64,000 nucleotides of DNA. It comes from Eledone cirrhosa (taxonomy: Eukaryota). Positions within the stretch are counted from its first letter, which is position 1; the number at the start of each line of letters is the position of its first letter. This document shows positions 36,601-49,345 of the stretch, in pieces. The notes beneath the pieces are model-generated. The model was not told where the DNA came from, made no database searches, and saw nothing but the letters and a program-made list of their open reading frames with translations. The position numbers were made by a program, and so were the translations under genes. Location of the stretch: NCBI GenBank assembly GCA_964016885.1, contig OZ024742.1, positions 9,796,001 through 9,860,000 of the forward strand, in the 5' to 3' direction.

Positions 36601-39600
36601 TGTTGATGGTTGTGTTGGTGTTTGTGTTGGTGGTAGTGTTGCTGCTCGTGTTGGTGATTGTGTCGGTGGTCGTCTTTTTGGTCGTGTTGGAGTTTGTGTT
36701 GGTGGTTGTGTTGGTTGTTATGTTGGTGGTTGTGTTGGTGTTTGTGTTGGTGGTTGTGTTGGTGTTTGTGTTGGTGGTAGTGTTGCTGCTCGTGTTGGTG
36801 ATTGTGTTGGTGGTCGTGTTTTTGGTCGTGTTGGTGTTTGTGTTGGTGGTTGTGTTGGTTGTTATGTTGGTGGTTGTGTTGGTGTTTGTGTTGGTGGTAG
36901 TGTTGCTGCTCGTGTTGGTGATTGTGTCGGTGGTCGTGTTTTGGGTCGTGTTGGTGTTTGTGTTGGTGGTTGTGTTGGTTGTTATGTTGGTGGTTGTGTT
37001 GGTGGTTGCGTTGAAGTTTGTGTTGGTGGTTATGTTGGTGGTAGTGTTGCTGCTCGTGTTGGTGGTTGTGTTGGCGGTTGTGTTGGTGGTCGTGTTGGTG
37101 ATTCTGTTGGTGGTTGTGTTGGTGGTTGTGTTGGTGGTTGTGTTGGTGTTTGTGTTGGTGGTTGTGTTGGTTGTTATGTTGGTGGTTGTGTTGGTGTTTG
37201 TGTTGGTGGTTGTGTTGGTGTTTGTGTTGGTGGTAGTGTTGCTGCTCGTGTTGGTGATTGTGTCGGTGGTCGTGTTTTTGGTCGTGTTGGTGTTTGTGTT
37301 GGTGGTTGTGTTGGTTGTTATGTTGGTGGTTGTGTTGGTGTTTGTGCTGGTGGTTGTGTTGGTGTTTGTGTTGGTGGTAGTGTTGCTGCTCGTGTTGGTG
37401 ATTGTGTCGGTGGTCGTGTTTTTGGTCGTGTTGGTGTTTGTGTTGGTGGTTGTGTTGGTTGTTATGTTGGTCGTTGTGTTGGTGGTTGGGTTGAAGTTTG
37501 TGTTGGTGGTTATGTTGGTGGTAGTGTTGCTGCTCGTGTTGGTGGTTGTGTTGGCGGTTGTGTTGGTGGTCGTGTTGGTGATTCTGTTGGTGGTTGTGTT
37601 GGTGGTTGTGTTGGTGGTTGTGTTGGTGTTTGTGTTGGTGGTTGTGTTGGTGGTTGTGTTGGTGTTTGTGTTGGTGGTTGCGTTGGTGTTTGTGTTGGTG
37701 GTAGTGTTGCTGCTCGTGTTGGTGATTGTGTCGGTGGTCGTGATTTTGGTCGTGTTGGAGTTTGTGTTGGTGGTTGTGTTGGTTGTTATGTGGGTGGTTG
37801 TGTTGGTGTTTGTGTTGGTGGTTGTGTTGGTGTTTGTGTTGGTGGTAGTGTTGCTGCTCGTGTTGGTGATTGTGTCGGTGGTCGTGTTTTTGGTCGTGTT
37901 GGTGTTTGTGTTGGTGGTTGTGTTGGTTGTTATGTTGGTGGTTGTGTTGGTGTTTGTGTTGGTGGTTGTGTTGGTGTTTGTGTTGGTGGTAGTGTTGCTG
38001 CTCGTGTTGGTGATTGTGTCGGTGGTCGTCTTTTTGGTCGTGTTGGAGTTTGTGTTGGTGGTTGTGTTGGTTGTTATGTTGGTGGTTGTGTTGGTGTTTG
38101 TGTTGGTGGTTGTGTTGGTGTTTGTGTTGGTGGTAGTGTTGCTGCTCGTGTTGGTGATTGTGTCGGTGGTCGTGTTTTTGGTTGTGTTGGTGTTTGTGTT
38201 GGTGGTTGTGTTGGTTGTTATGTTGGTAGTTGTGTTGGTGTCTGTGTTGGTGGTTGTGTTGGTGTTTGTGTTGGTGGTAGTGTTGCTGCTCGTGTTGGTG
38301 ATTGTATCGGTGGTCGTGTTTTTGGTCGTGTTGGTGTTTATGTTGGTGGTTGTGTTCGTTGTTATGTTGGTCGTTGTGTTGGTGGTTGGGTTGAAGTTTG
38401 TGTTGGTGGTTATGTTGGTGGTTGTGTTGTTGGTGGTTGTGTTCGTTGTTGTGTTGGTGGTTGGGTTGTTGGTTGTGTTGGTGGTTGTGTTGGTTGTTAT
38501 GTTGGTCGTTGTGTTGGTGGTTGGGTTGAAGTTTGTGTTGGTGGTTATGTTGGTGGTTGTGTTGTTGGTGGTTGTGTTCGTTGTTATGTTGGTGGTTGTG
38601 TTGGTGTTTGTGTTGGTGGTTGTGTTGGTGTTTGTGTTGGTGGTAGTGTTGCTGCTCGTGTTGGTGATTGTGTCGGTGGTCGTGTTTTTGGTCGTGTTGG
38701 TGTTTCTGTTGGTGGTTGTGTTGGTGGTTATGTTGGTGGTTGTGTTGTTGGTGGTTGTGTTGGTGGTTGTGTTGGTGGTTGTGTTGGTGGTTGTGTTGGT
38801 GGTTGTGTTGGTGGTTGTGTTTGTGGTTGTGTCGGTGGTTGTTTCGGTGGTCGTGTTGGTGTTTGTGTTGGTGGTTGTGTTGGTTGTTATGTTGGTGGTT
38901 GTGTTGGTGTTTGTGTTGGTGGTTGTGTTGGTGTTTGTGTTGGTGGTAGTGTTGCTGCTCGTGTTGGTGATTGTGTCGGTGGTCGTGTTTTTAGTCGTGT
39001 TGGTGGTTATGTTGGTGGTTGTGTTGGTTGTTATGTTGGTGGTTGTGTTGGTGGTTGGGTTGAAGTTTGTGTTGGTGGTTATGTTGGTGGTAGTGTTGCT
39101 GCTCGTGTTGGTGGTTGTGTTGGCGGTTGTGTTGGTGGTCGTGTTGGTGATTCTGTTGGTGGTTGTGTTGGTGGTTGTGTTGGTGGTTGTGTTGGTGTTT
39201 GTGTTGGTGGTTGTGTTGGTGTTTGTGTTGGTGGTAATGTTGCTGCTCGTGTTGGTGATTGTGTCGGTGGTCGTGTTTTTGGTCGTGTTGGTGTTTGTGT
39301 TGGTGGTTGTGTTGGTTGTTATGTTGGTGGTTGTGTTGGTGTTTGTGTTGGTGGTTGTGTTGGTGTTTGTGTTGGTGGTAGTGTTGCTGCTCGTGTTGGT
39401 GATTGTGTCGGTGGTCGTGTTTTTGGTCGTGTTGGTGTTTGTGTTGGTGGTTGTGTTGGTTGTTATGTTGGTGGTTGTGTTGGTGTTTGTGTTGGTGGTT
39501 GTGTTGGTGTTTGTGTTGGTGGTAGTGTTGCTGCTCGTGTTGGTGATTGTGTCGGTGGTCGTGTTTTTGGTCGTGTTGGTGTTTGTGTTGGTGGTTGTGT

Positions 39601-42600
39601 TGGTTGTTATGTTGGTGGTTGTGTTGGTGGTTGCGTTGAAGTTTGTGTTGGTGGTTATGTTGGTGGTAGTGTTGCTGCTCGTGTTGGTGGTTGTGTTGGT
39701 GGTTGTGTTGGTGGTCGTGTTGGTGATTCTGTTGGTGGTTGTGTTGGTGGTTGTGTTGGTGGTTGTGTTGGTGGTCGTGTTGGTGATTCTGTTGGTGGTT
39801 GTGTTGGTGTTTGTGTTGGTGGTAGTGTTGCTGCTCGTGTTGGTGATTGTATCGGTGGTCGTGTTTTTGGTCGTGTTGGTGTTTATGTTGGTGGTTGTGT
39901 TCGTTGTTATGTTGGTCGTTGTGTTGGTGGTTGGGTTGAAGTTTGTGTTGGTGGTTATGTTGGTGGTTGTGTTGTTGGTGGTTGTGTTCGTTGTTGTGTT
40001 GGTGGTTGGGTTGTTGGTTGTGTTGGTGGTTGTGTTGGTTGTTATGTTGGTCGTTGTGTTGGTGGTTGGGTTGAAGTTTGTGTTGGTGGTTATGTTGGTG
40101 GTTGTGTTGTTGGTGGTTGTGTTCGTTGTTATGTTGGTGGTTGTGTTGGTGTTTGTGTTGGTGGTTGTGTTGGTGTTTGTGTTGGTGGTAGTGTTGCTGC
40201 TCGTGTTGGTGATTGTGTCGGTGGTCGTGTTTTTGGTCGTGTTGGTGTTTCTGTTGGTGGTTGTGTTGGTGGTTATGTTGGTGGTTGTGTTGTTGGTGGT
40301 TGTGTTGGTGGTTGTGTTGGTGGTTGTGTTGGTGGTTGTGTTGGTGGTTGTGTTGGTGGTTGTGTTTGTGGTTGTGTCGGTGGTTGTTTCGGTGGTCGTG
40401 TTGGTGTTTGTGTTGGTGGTTGTGTTGGTTGTTATGTTGGTGGTTGTGTTGGTGTTTGTGTTGGTGGTTGTGTTGGTGTTTGTGTTGGTGGTAGTGTTGC
40501 TGCTCGTGTTGGTGATTGTGTCGGTGGTCGTGTTTTTAGTCGTGTTGGTGGTTATGTTGGTGGTTGTGTTGGTTGTTATGTTGGTGGTTGTGTTGGTGGT
40601 TGGGTTGAAGTTTGTGTTGGTGGTTATGTTGGTGGTAGTGTTGCTGCTCGTGTTGGTGGTTGTGTTGGCGGTTGTGTTGGTGGTCGTGTTGGTGATTCTG
40701 TTGGTGGTTGTGTTGGTGGTTGTGTTGGTGGTTGTGTTGGTGTTTGTGTTGGTGGTTGTGTTGGTGTTTGTGTTGGTGGTAATGTTGCTGCTCGTGTTGG
40801 TGATTGTGTCGGTGGTCGTGTTTTTGGTCGTGTTGGTGTTTGTGTTGGTGGTTGTGTTGGTTGTTATGTTGGTGGTTGTGTTGGTGTTTGTGTTGGTGGT
40901 TGTGTTGGTGTTTGTGTTGGTGGTAGTGTTGCTGCTCGTGTTGGTGATTGTGTCGGTGGTCGTGTTTTTGGTCGTGTTGGTGTTTGTGTTGGTGGTTGTG
41001 TTGGTTGTTATGTTGGTGGTTGTGTTGGTGTTTGTGTTGGTGGTTGTGTTGGTGTTTGTGTTGGTGGTAGTGTTGCTGCTCGTGTTGGTGATTGTGTCGG
41101 TGGTCGTGTTTTTGGTCGTGTTGGTGTTTGTGTTGGTGGTTGTGTTGGTTGTTATGTTGGTGGTTGTGTTGGTGGTTGCGTTGAAGTTTGTGTTGGTGGT
41201 TATGTTGGTGGTAGTGTTGCTGCTCGTGTTGGTGGTTGTGTTGGTGGTTGTGTTGGTGGTCGTGTTGGTGATTCTGTTGGTGGTTGTGTTGGTGGTTGTG
41301 TTGGTGGTTGTGTTCGTGTTTGTGTTGGTGGTTGTGTTGGTTGTTATGTTGGTGGTTGTGTTGGTGTTTGTGTTGGTGGTTGTGTTGGTGTTTGTGTTGG
41401 TGGTAGTGTTGCTGCTCGTGTTGGTGATTGTGTCGGTGGTCGTGTTTTTGGTCGTGTTGGTGTTTGTGTTGGTGGTTGTGTTGGTTGTTATGTTGGTGGT
41501 TGTGTTGGTGTTTGTGCTGGTGGTTGTGTTGGTGTTTGTGTTGGTGGTAGTGTTGCTGCTCGTGTTGGTGATTGTGTCGGTGGTCGTGTTTTTGGTCGTG
41601 TTGGTGTTTGTGTTGGTGGTTGTGTTGGTTGTTATGTTGGTCGTTGTGTTGGTGGTTGGGTTGAAGTTTGTGTTGGGCGGTTATGTTGGTGGTAGTGTTG
41701 CTGCTCGTGTTGGTGGTTGTGTTGGCGGTTGTGTTGGTGGTCGTGTTGGTGATTCTGTTGGTGGTTGTGTTGGTGGTTGTGTTGGTGGTTGTGTTGGTGT
41801 TTGTGTTGGTGGTTGTGTTGGTGGTTGTGTTGGTGTTTGTGTTGGTGGTTGCGTTGGTGTTTGTGTTGGTGGTAGTGTTGCTGCTCGTGTTGGTGATTGT
41901 GTCGGTGGTCGTGATTTTGGTCGTGTTGGAGTTTGTGTTGGTGGTTGTGTTGGTTGTTATGTGGGTGGTTGTGTTGGTGTTTGTGTTGGTGGTTGTGTTG
42001 GTGTTTGTGTTGGTGGTAGTGTTGCTGCTCGTGTTGGTGATTGTGTCGGTGGTCGTGTTTTTGGTCGTGTTGGTGTTTGTGTTGGTGGTTGTGTTGGTTG
42101 TTATGTTGGTGGTTGTGTTGGTGTTTGTGTTGGTGGTTGTGTTGGTGTTTGTGTTGGTGGTAGTGTTGCTGCTCGTGTTGGTGATTGTGTCGTTGGTCGT
42201 CTTTTTGGTCGTGTTGGAGTTTGTGTTGGTGGTTGTGTTGGTTGTTATGTTGGTGGTTGTGTTGGTGTTTGTGTTGGTGGTTGTGTTGGTGTTTGTGTTG
42301 GTGGTAGTGTTGCTGCTCGTGTTGGTGATTGTGTCGGTGGTCGTGTTTTTGGTCGTGTTGGTGTTTGTGTTGGTGGTTGTGTTGGTTGTTATGTTGGTGG
42401 TTGTGTTGGTGTTTGTGTTGGTGGTTGTGTTGGTGTTTGTGTTGGTGGTAGTGTTGCTGCTCGTGTTGGTGATTGTGTCGGTGGTCGTGTTTTTGGTCGT
42501 GTTGGTGTTTGTGTTGGTGGTTGTGTTGGTTGTTATGTTGGTGGTTGTGTTGGTGGTTGCGTTGAAGTTTGTGTTGGTGGTTATGTTGGTGGTAGTGTTG

Positions 42601-45600
42601 CTGCTCGTGTTGGTGGTTATGTTGGCGGTTGTGTTGGTGGTCGTGTTGGTGATTCTGTTGGAGGTTGTGTTGGTGGTTGTGTTGGTGGTTGTGTTGGTGT
42701 TTGTGTTGGTGGTTGTGTTGGTGGTTGTGTTGGTGTTTGTGTTGGTGGTTGTGTTGGTGTTTGTGTTGGTGGTAGTGTTGCTGCTCGTGTTGGTGATTGT
42801 GTCGGTGGTCGTGTTTTTGGTCGTGTTGGAGTTTGTGTTGGTGGTTGTGTTGGTTGTTATGTTGGTGGTTGTGTTGGTGTTTGTGTTGGTGGTTGTGTTG
42901 GTGTTTGTGTTGGTGGTAGTGTTGCTGCTCGTGTTGGTGATTGTGTCGGTGGTCGTGTTTTTGGTTGTGTTGGTGTTTGTGTTGGTGGTTGTGTTGGTTG
43001 TTATGTTGGTGGTTTTGTTGGTGTCTGTGTTGGTGGTTGTGTTGGTGTTTGTGTTGGTGGTAGTGTTGCTGCTCGTGTTGGTGATTGTATCGGTGGTCGT
43101 GTTTTTGGTCGTGTTGGTGTTTGTGTTGGTGGTTGTGTTCGTTGTTATGTTGGTCGTTGTGTTGGTGGTTGGGTTGAAGTTTGTGTTGGTGGTTATGTTG
43201 GTGGTTGTGTTGTTGGTGGTTGTGTTCGTTGTTGTGTTGGTGGTTGGGTTGCTGGTTGTGTTGGTGGTTGTGTTGGTTGTTATGTTGGTCGTTGTGTTGG
43301 TGGTTGGGTTGAAGTTTGTGTTGGTGGTTGTGTTGGTGGTTGTGTTGTTGGTGGTTGTGTTCGTTGTTATGTTGGTGGTTGTGTTGGTTGTTATGTTGGT
43401 GGTTGTGTTGGTGTTTGTGTTGGTGGTTGTGTTGGTGTTTGTGTTGGTGGTAGTGTTGCTGCTCGTGTTGGTGATTGTGTCGGTGGTCGTGTTTTTAGTC
43501 GTGTTGGTGGTTATGTTGGTGGTTGTGTTGGTTGTTATGTTGGTGGTTGTGTTGGTGGTTGGGTTGAAGTTTGTGTTGGTGGTTATGTTGGTGGTAGTGT
43601 TGCTGCTCGTGTTGGTGGTTGTGTTGGCGGTTGTGTTGGTGGTCGTGTTGGTGATTCTGTTGGTGGTTGTGTTGGTGGTTGTGTTGGTGGTTGTGTTGGT
43701 GTTTGTGTTGGTGGTTGTGTTGGTGTTTGTGTTGGTGGTAATGTTGCTGCTCGTGTTGGTGATTGTGTCGGTGGTCGTGTTTTTGGTCGTGTTGGTGTTT
43801 GTGTTGGTGGTTGTGTTGGTTGTTATGTTGGTGGTTGTGTTGGTGTTTGTGTTGGTGGTTGTGTTGGTGTTTGTGTTGGTGGTAGTGTTGCTGCTCGTGT
43901 TGGTGATTGTGTCGGTGGTCGTGTTTTTGGTCGTGTTGGTGTTTGTGTTGGTGGTTGTGTTGGTTGTTATGTTGGTGGTTGTGTTGGTGTTTGTGTTGGT
44001 GGTTGTGTTGGTGTTTGTGTTGGTGGTAGTGTTGCTGCTCGTGTTGGTGATTGTGTCGGTGGTCGTGTTTTTGGTCGTGTTGGTGTTTGTGTTGGTGGTT
44101 GTGTTGGTTGTTATGTTGGTGGTTGTGTTGGTGGTTGCGTTGAAGTTTGTGTTGGTGGTTATGTTGGTGGTAGTGTTGCTGCTCGTGTTGGTGGTTGTGT
44201 TGGTGGTTGTGTTGGTGGTCGTGTTGGTGATTCTGTTGGTGGTTGTGTTGGTGGTTGTGTTGGTGGTTGTGTTCGTGTTTGTGTTGGTGGTTGTGTTGGT
44301 TGTTATGTTGGTGGTTGTGTTGGTGTTTGTGTTGGTGGTTGTGTTGGTGTTTGTGTTGGTGGTAGTGTTGCTGCTCGTGTTGGTGATTGTGTCGGTGGTC
44401 GTGTTTTTGGTCGTGTTGGTGTTTGTGTTGGTGGTTGTGTTGGTTGTTATGTTGGTGGTTGTGTTGGTGTTTGTGCTGGTGGTTGTGTTGGTGTTTGTGT
44501 TGGTGGTAGTGTTGCTGCTCGTGTTGGTGATTGTGTCGGTGGTCGTGTTTTTGGTCGTGTTGGTGTTTGTGTTGGTGGTTGTGTTGGTTGTTATGTTGGT
44601 CGTTGTGTTGGTGGTTGGGTTGAAGTTTGTGTTGGGCGGTTATGTTGGTGGTAGTGTTGCTGCTCGTGTTGGTGGTTGTGTTGGCGGTTGTGTTGGTGGT
44701 CGTGTTGGTGATTCTGTTGGTGGTTGTGTTGGTGGTTGTGTTGGTGGTTGTGTTGGTGTTTGTGTTGGTGGTTGTGTTGGTGGTTGTGTTGGTGTTTGTG
44801 TTGGTGGTTGCGTTGGTGTTTGTGTTGGTGGTAGTGTTGCTGCTCGTGTTGGTGATTGTGTCGGTGGTCGTGATTTTGGTCGTGTTGGAGTTTGTGTTGG
44901 TGGTTGTGTTGGTTGTTATGTGGGTGGTTGTGTTGGTGTTTGTGTTGGTGGTTGTGTTGGTGTTTGTGTTGGTGGTAGTGTTGCTGCTCGTGTTGGTGAT
45001 TGTGTCGGTGGTCGTGTTTTTGGTCGTGTTGGTGTTTGTGTTGGTGGTTGTGTTGGTTGTTATGTTGGTGGTTGTGTTGGTGTTTGTGTTGGTGGTTGTG
45101 TTGGTGTTTGTGTTGGTGGTAGTGTTGCTGCTCGTGTTGGTGATTGTGTCGTTGGTCGTCTTTTTGGTCGTGTTGGAGTTTGTGTTGGTGGTTGTGTTGG
45201 TTGTTATGTTGGTGGTTGTGTTGGTGTTTGTGTTGGTGGTTGTGTTGGTGTTTGTGTTGGTGGTAGTGTTGCTGCTCGTGTTGGTGATTGTGTCGGTGGT
45301 CGTGTTTTTGGTCGTGTTGGTGTTTGTGTTGGTGGTTGTGTTGGTTGTTATGTTGGTGGTTGTGTTGGTGTTTGTGTTGGTGGTTGTGTTGGTGTTTGTG
45401 TTGGTGGTAGTGTTGCTGCTCGTGTTGGTGATTGTGTCGGTGGTCGTGTTTTTGGTCGTGTTGGTGTTTGTGTTGGTGGTTGTGTTGGTTGTTATGTTGG
45501 TGGTTGTGTTGGTGGTTGCGTTGAAGTTTGTGTTGGTGGTTATGTTGGTGGTAGTGTTGCTGCTCGTGTTGGTGGTTATGTTGGCGGTTGTGTTGGTGGT

Positions 45601-48600
45601 CGTGTTGGTGATTCTGTTGGAGGTTGTGTTGGTGGTTGTGTTGGTGGTTGTGTTGGTGTTTGTGTTGGTGGTTGTGTTGGTGGTTGTGTTGGTGTTTGTG
45701 TTGGTGGTTGTGTTGGTGTTTGTGTTGGTGGTAGTGTTGCTGCTCGTGTTGGTGATTGTGTCGGTGGTCGTGTTTTTGGTCGTGTTGGAGTTTGTGTTGG
45801 TGGTTGTGTTGGTTGTTATGTTGGTGGTTGTGTTGGTGTTTGTGTTGGTGGTTGTGTTGGTGTTTGTGTTGGTGGTAGTGTTGCTGCTCGTGTTGGTGAT
45901 TGTGTCGGTGGTCGTGTTTTTGGTTGTGTTGGTGTTTGTGTTGGTGGTTGTGTTGGTTGTTATGTTGGTGGTTGTGTTGGTGTCTGTGTTGGTGGTTGTG
46001 TTGGTGTTTGTGTTGGTGGTAGTGTTGCTGCTCGTGTTGGTGATTGTATCGGTGGTCGTGTTTTTGGTCGTGTTGGTGTTTGTGTTGGTGGTTGTGTTCG
46101 TTGTTATGTTGGTCGTTGTGTTGGTGGTTGGGTTGAAGTTTGTGTTGGTGGTTATGTTGGTGGTTGTGTTGTTGGTGGTTGTGTTCGTTGTTGTGTTGGT
46201 GGTTGGGTTGTTGGTTGTGTTGGTGGTTGTGTTGGTTGTTATGTTGGTCGTTGTGTTGGTGGTTGGGTTGAAGTTTGTGTTGGTGGTTGTGTTGGTGGTT
46301 GTGTTGTTGGTGGTTGTGTTCGTTGTTATGTTGGTGGTTGTGTTGGTGTTTGTGTTGGTGGTTGTGTTGGTGTTTGTGTTGGTGGTAGTGTTGCTGCTCG
46401 TGTTGGTGATTGTGTCGGTGGTCGTGTTTTTGGTCGTGTTGGTGTTTCTGTTGGTGGTTGTGTTGGTGGTTATGTCGGTGGTTGTGTTGTTGGTGGTTGT
46501 GTTGGTGGTTGTGTTGGTGGTTGTGTTGGTGGTTGTGTTGGTGGTTGTGTTGGTGGTTGTGTTGGTGGTTGTGTTTGTGGTTGTGTCGGTGGTTGTTTCG
46601 GTGGTCGTGTTGGTGTTTGTGTTGGTGGTTGTGTTGGTTGTTATGTTGGTGGTTGTGTTGGTGTTTGTGTTGGTGGTTGTGTTGGTGTTTGTGTTGGTGG
46701 TAGTGTTGCTGCTCGTGTTGGTGATTGTGTCGGTGGTCGTGTTTTTGGTCGTGTTGGTGGTTATGTTGGTGGTTGTGTTGGTTCTTATGTTGGTGGTTGT
46801 GTTGGTGGTTGGGTTGAAGTTTGTGTTGGTGGTTATGTTGGTGGTAGTGTTGCTGCTCGTGTTGGTGGTTGTGTTGGCGGTTGTGTTGGTGGTCGTGTTG
46901 GTGATTCTGTTGGTGGTTGTGTTGGTGGTTGTGTTGGTGGTTGTGTTGGTGTTTGTGTTGGTGGTTGTGTTGGTGGTTGTGTTGGTGTTTGTGTTGGTGG
47001 TTGTGTTGGTGTTTGTGTTGGTGGTAGTGTTGCTGCTCGTGTTGGTGATTGTGTCGGTGGTCGTGTTTTTGGTCGTGTTGGTGTTTGTGTTGGTGGTTGT
47101 GTTGGTTGTTATGTTGGTGGTTGTGTAGGTGTTTGTGTTGGTGGTTGTGTTGGTGTTTGTGTTGGTGGCAGTGTTGCTGCTCGTGTTGGTGATTGTGTCG
47201 GTGGTCGTGTTTTTGGTCGTGTTGGTGTTTGTGTTGGTGGTTGTGTTGGTTGTTATGTTGGTGGTTGTGTTGGTGGTTGGGTTGAAGGTTGTGTTGTTGG
47301 TTATGTTGGTGGTAGTGTTGCTGCTCGTGTTGGTGGTTGTGTTGGCGGTTGTGTTGGTGGTCGTGTTGGTGATTCTGTTGGTGGTTGTGTTGGTGGTTGT
47401 GTTGGTGGTTGTGTTGGTGTTTGTGTTGGTGGTTGTGTTGGTGGTTGTGTTGGTGTTTGTGTTGATGGTTGTGTTGGTGTTTGTGTTGGTGGTAGTGTTG
47501 CTGCTCGTGTTGGTGATTGTGTCGATGGTCGTGTTTTTGGTCGTGTTGGTGTTTGTGTTGGTGGTTGTGTTGGTTGTTATGTTGGTGGTTGTGTTGGTGT
47601 TTGTGTTGGTGGTTGTGTTGATGTTTGTGTTGGTGGTAGTGTTGCTGCTCGTGTTGGTGATTGTGTCGGTGGTCGTGTTTTTGGTCGTGTTGGTGTTTGT
47701 GTTGGTGGTTGTGTTGGTTGTTATGTTGGTCGTTGTGTTGGTGGTTGGGTTGAAGTTTGTGTTGGTGGTTATGTTGGTGGTTGTGTTGTTGGTGGTTGTG
47801 TTCGTTGTTGTGTTGGTGGTTGTGTTGGTGGATGTGTTGGTGGTTGTGTTGGTGGTTATGTTGGTGGTTGTGTTGGTGGTTGGGTTGGTGGTTGTGTTGG
47901 TGGTTGTGTTTGTTGGTGGTTGTGTTCGTTGTTGTGTTGGTGGTTGTGTTGGCGGTGATATTGGTGACTGTGTTTGTCGTTGTGTTGGTGGTTGTGTTGG
48001 GGTTTGTGTTGGTGGCTGTGTTGGGGTTATGTTGGTGGTTGTGTTGTTGGTTAAGTTGGTGGTTGTGTTGGGGGTTGTGTTGGTGGTTAAGTTGGTGGTT
48101 GTGTTGGTGGTTGTGTTTGTTGGTGGTTGTCTTGCTGGTTGTGTTGGTGGTTGTGTTGGTTGTTGTGTTGATGGTTATGTTGGTGGTTGTGTTGTGGCTG
48201 TACTGGTGGTTGGGTTGGTTATGTTGGAGGTTATGTTGATGATTGTGTTGGTGGTTATATGTTGGTGGTTGTGTTGGTGGTTAAGTTGGTGGTTGTGTTG
48301 GTGGTTGTGTTTGTTGGTGGTTGTGTTGCTGGTGGTGTTGGTGGTTGTGTTGGTTGTTGTGTTGTTGGTTATGTTGGTGGTTGTGTTGCTGGCTGTGTTG
48401 GTGGCTGTGTTTGTGGTTGGGTTGGTGGTTATGTTGGTGGTTATATTGATGGTTGTGTTGGTGGTTATGTTGGTGGTTGTGTTGGTGTTTTGTTGGTGGT
48501 TATGTTGGCTGCTGTGTTTGTGGTTATGTGTCTGGTTGTGTTGGTGGTTGTGTTGTTGGTTATGTTGGTGGTTGTGTTGTTGGTTATGTTGGTGATTGTG

Positions 48601-49130
48601 TTGGTGGTTGTGTTGGTGGTTGTGTTGGCGATGATGTTGGTGGCTGTGTTTGTGATTGTGTTGGTGGTTGTGTTGGTGGTTGTGTTGGTGACTGTGTTGC
48701 TGGTTATGTTAGTTCTTGTGTTGGTGGTTATGTTGGTTGTTGTGTTGGTGGTTGTGTTTGTTGTTGGTTGCGTTGGTCATTGTGTTGGTAGTTGTGTTGG
48801 TGGCTGTGTTGGTGGTTATGTTAGTTATTGTGTTGGTGGTTATGTTGGTGGTTGTGTTGGTGTTTGTATTGGTGGTTAGGTTGGTGGTTGTGTTGGTGGT
48901 TATGTTGGAGGTTGTGTTGGTGGTTATGTTGGAGGTTGTGTTGATGGTTATGTTGGTGGTCGTGTTGGTGGTTGTGTTGGTGGTTGTGTTGGTGGTCGTG
49001 TTGGTGTTTGTGTTGGTGTTTATGCTGGTGCTTATGTTGGTGGTTGTGTTGGTGGTTGTGTTGGTGGTTATGTTGGTGGTTCTTTTGGTCATGTTGGTGA
49101 TTTTGTTGTTTATGTTGGTGCTTGTGGAAT
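24662..49130. repeat. 24.5-kb tandem array of a 12-bp unit GGTGGTTGTGTT with 144-bp higher-order repeat; possible giant mucin-like exon or pseudo-exon
   Basis: About 2000 units; GCTGCTC marker recurs at 144 bp (28697, 28841); kb-scale duplications. The repeat call is certain; coding status is not. Confidence 0.95.
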
Positions 49131-49345
49131 TTATTAATGAGCCTTCTGAAAAAATATTCACAGGGAGGACGATAATGCCTTGGAGAAATATAATACATAT
49201 TAGCTGAAAAGAAATGTGAGGAGTTCCGACACCACTTGGCTTATAGAGTCCCAGTACCATGGGGAGGTGTATCCCTAAACATGTCTCATATTGTATATAT
49301 TTTGTGAATGATTGTGTTACATATACTTATATGTATATAAGCCGA

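Noticed and set aside
32508-44654. 4048-aa poly-Val/Leu ORF and related VVLV / CWWL ORFs
   Set aside because: Expected by-product of an A-free strand; the composition is not plausible for a protein.
24662-49130. TAA read as Gln (ciliate code) to rescue the TQPP frame; telomeric or G-quadruplex array
   Set aside because: The surrounding elements use the standard code and are animal-type; the unit is not TTAGGG and has only GG runs.
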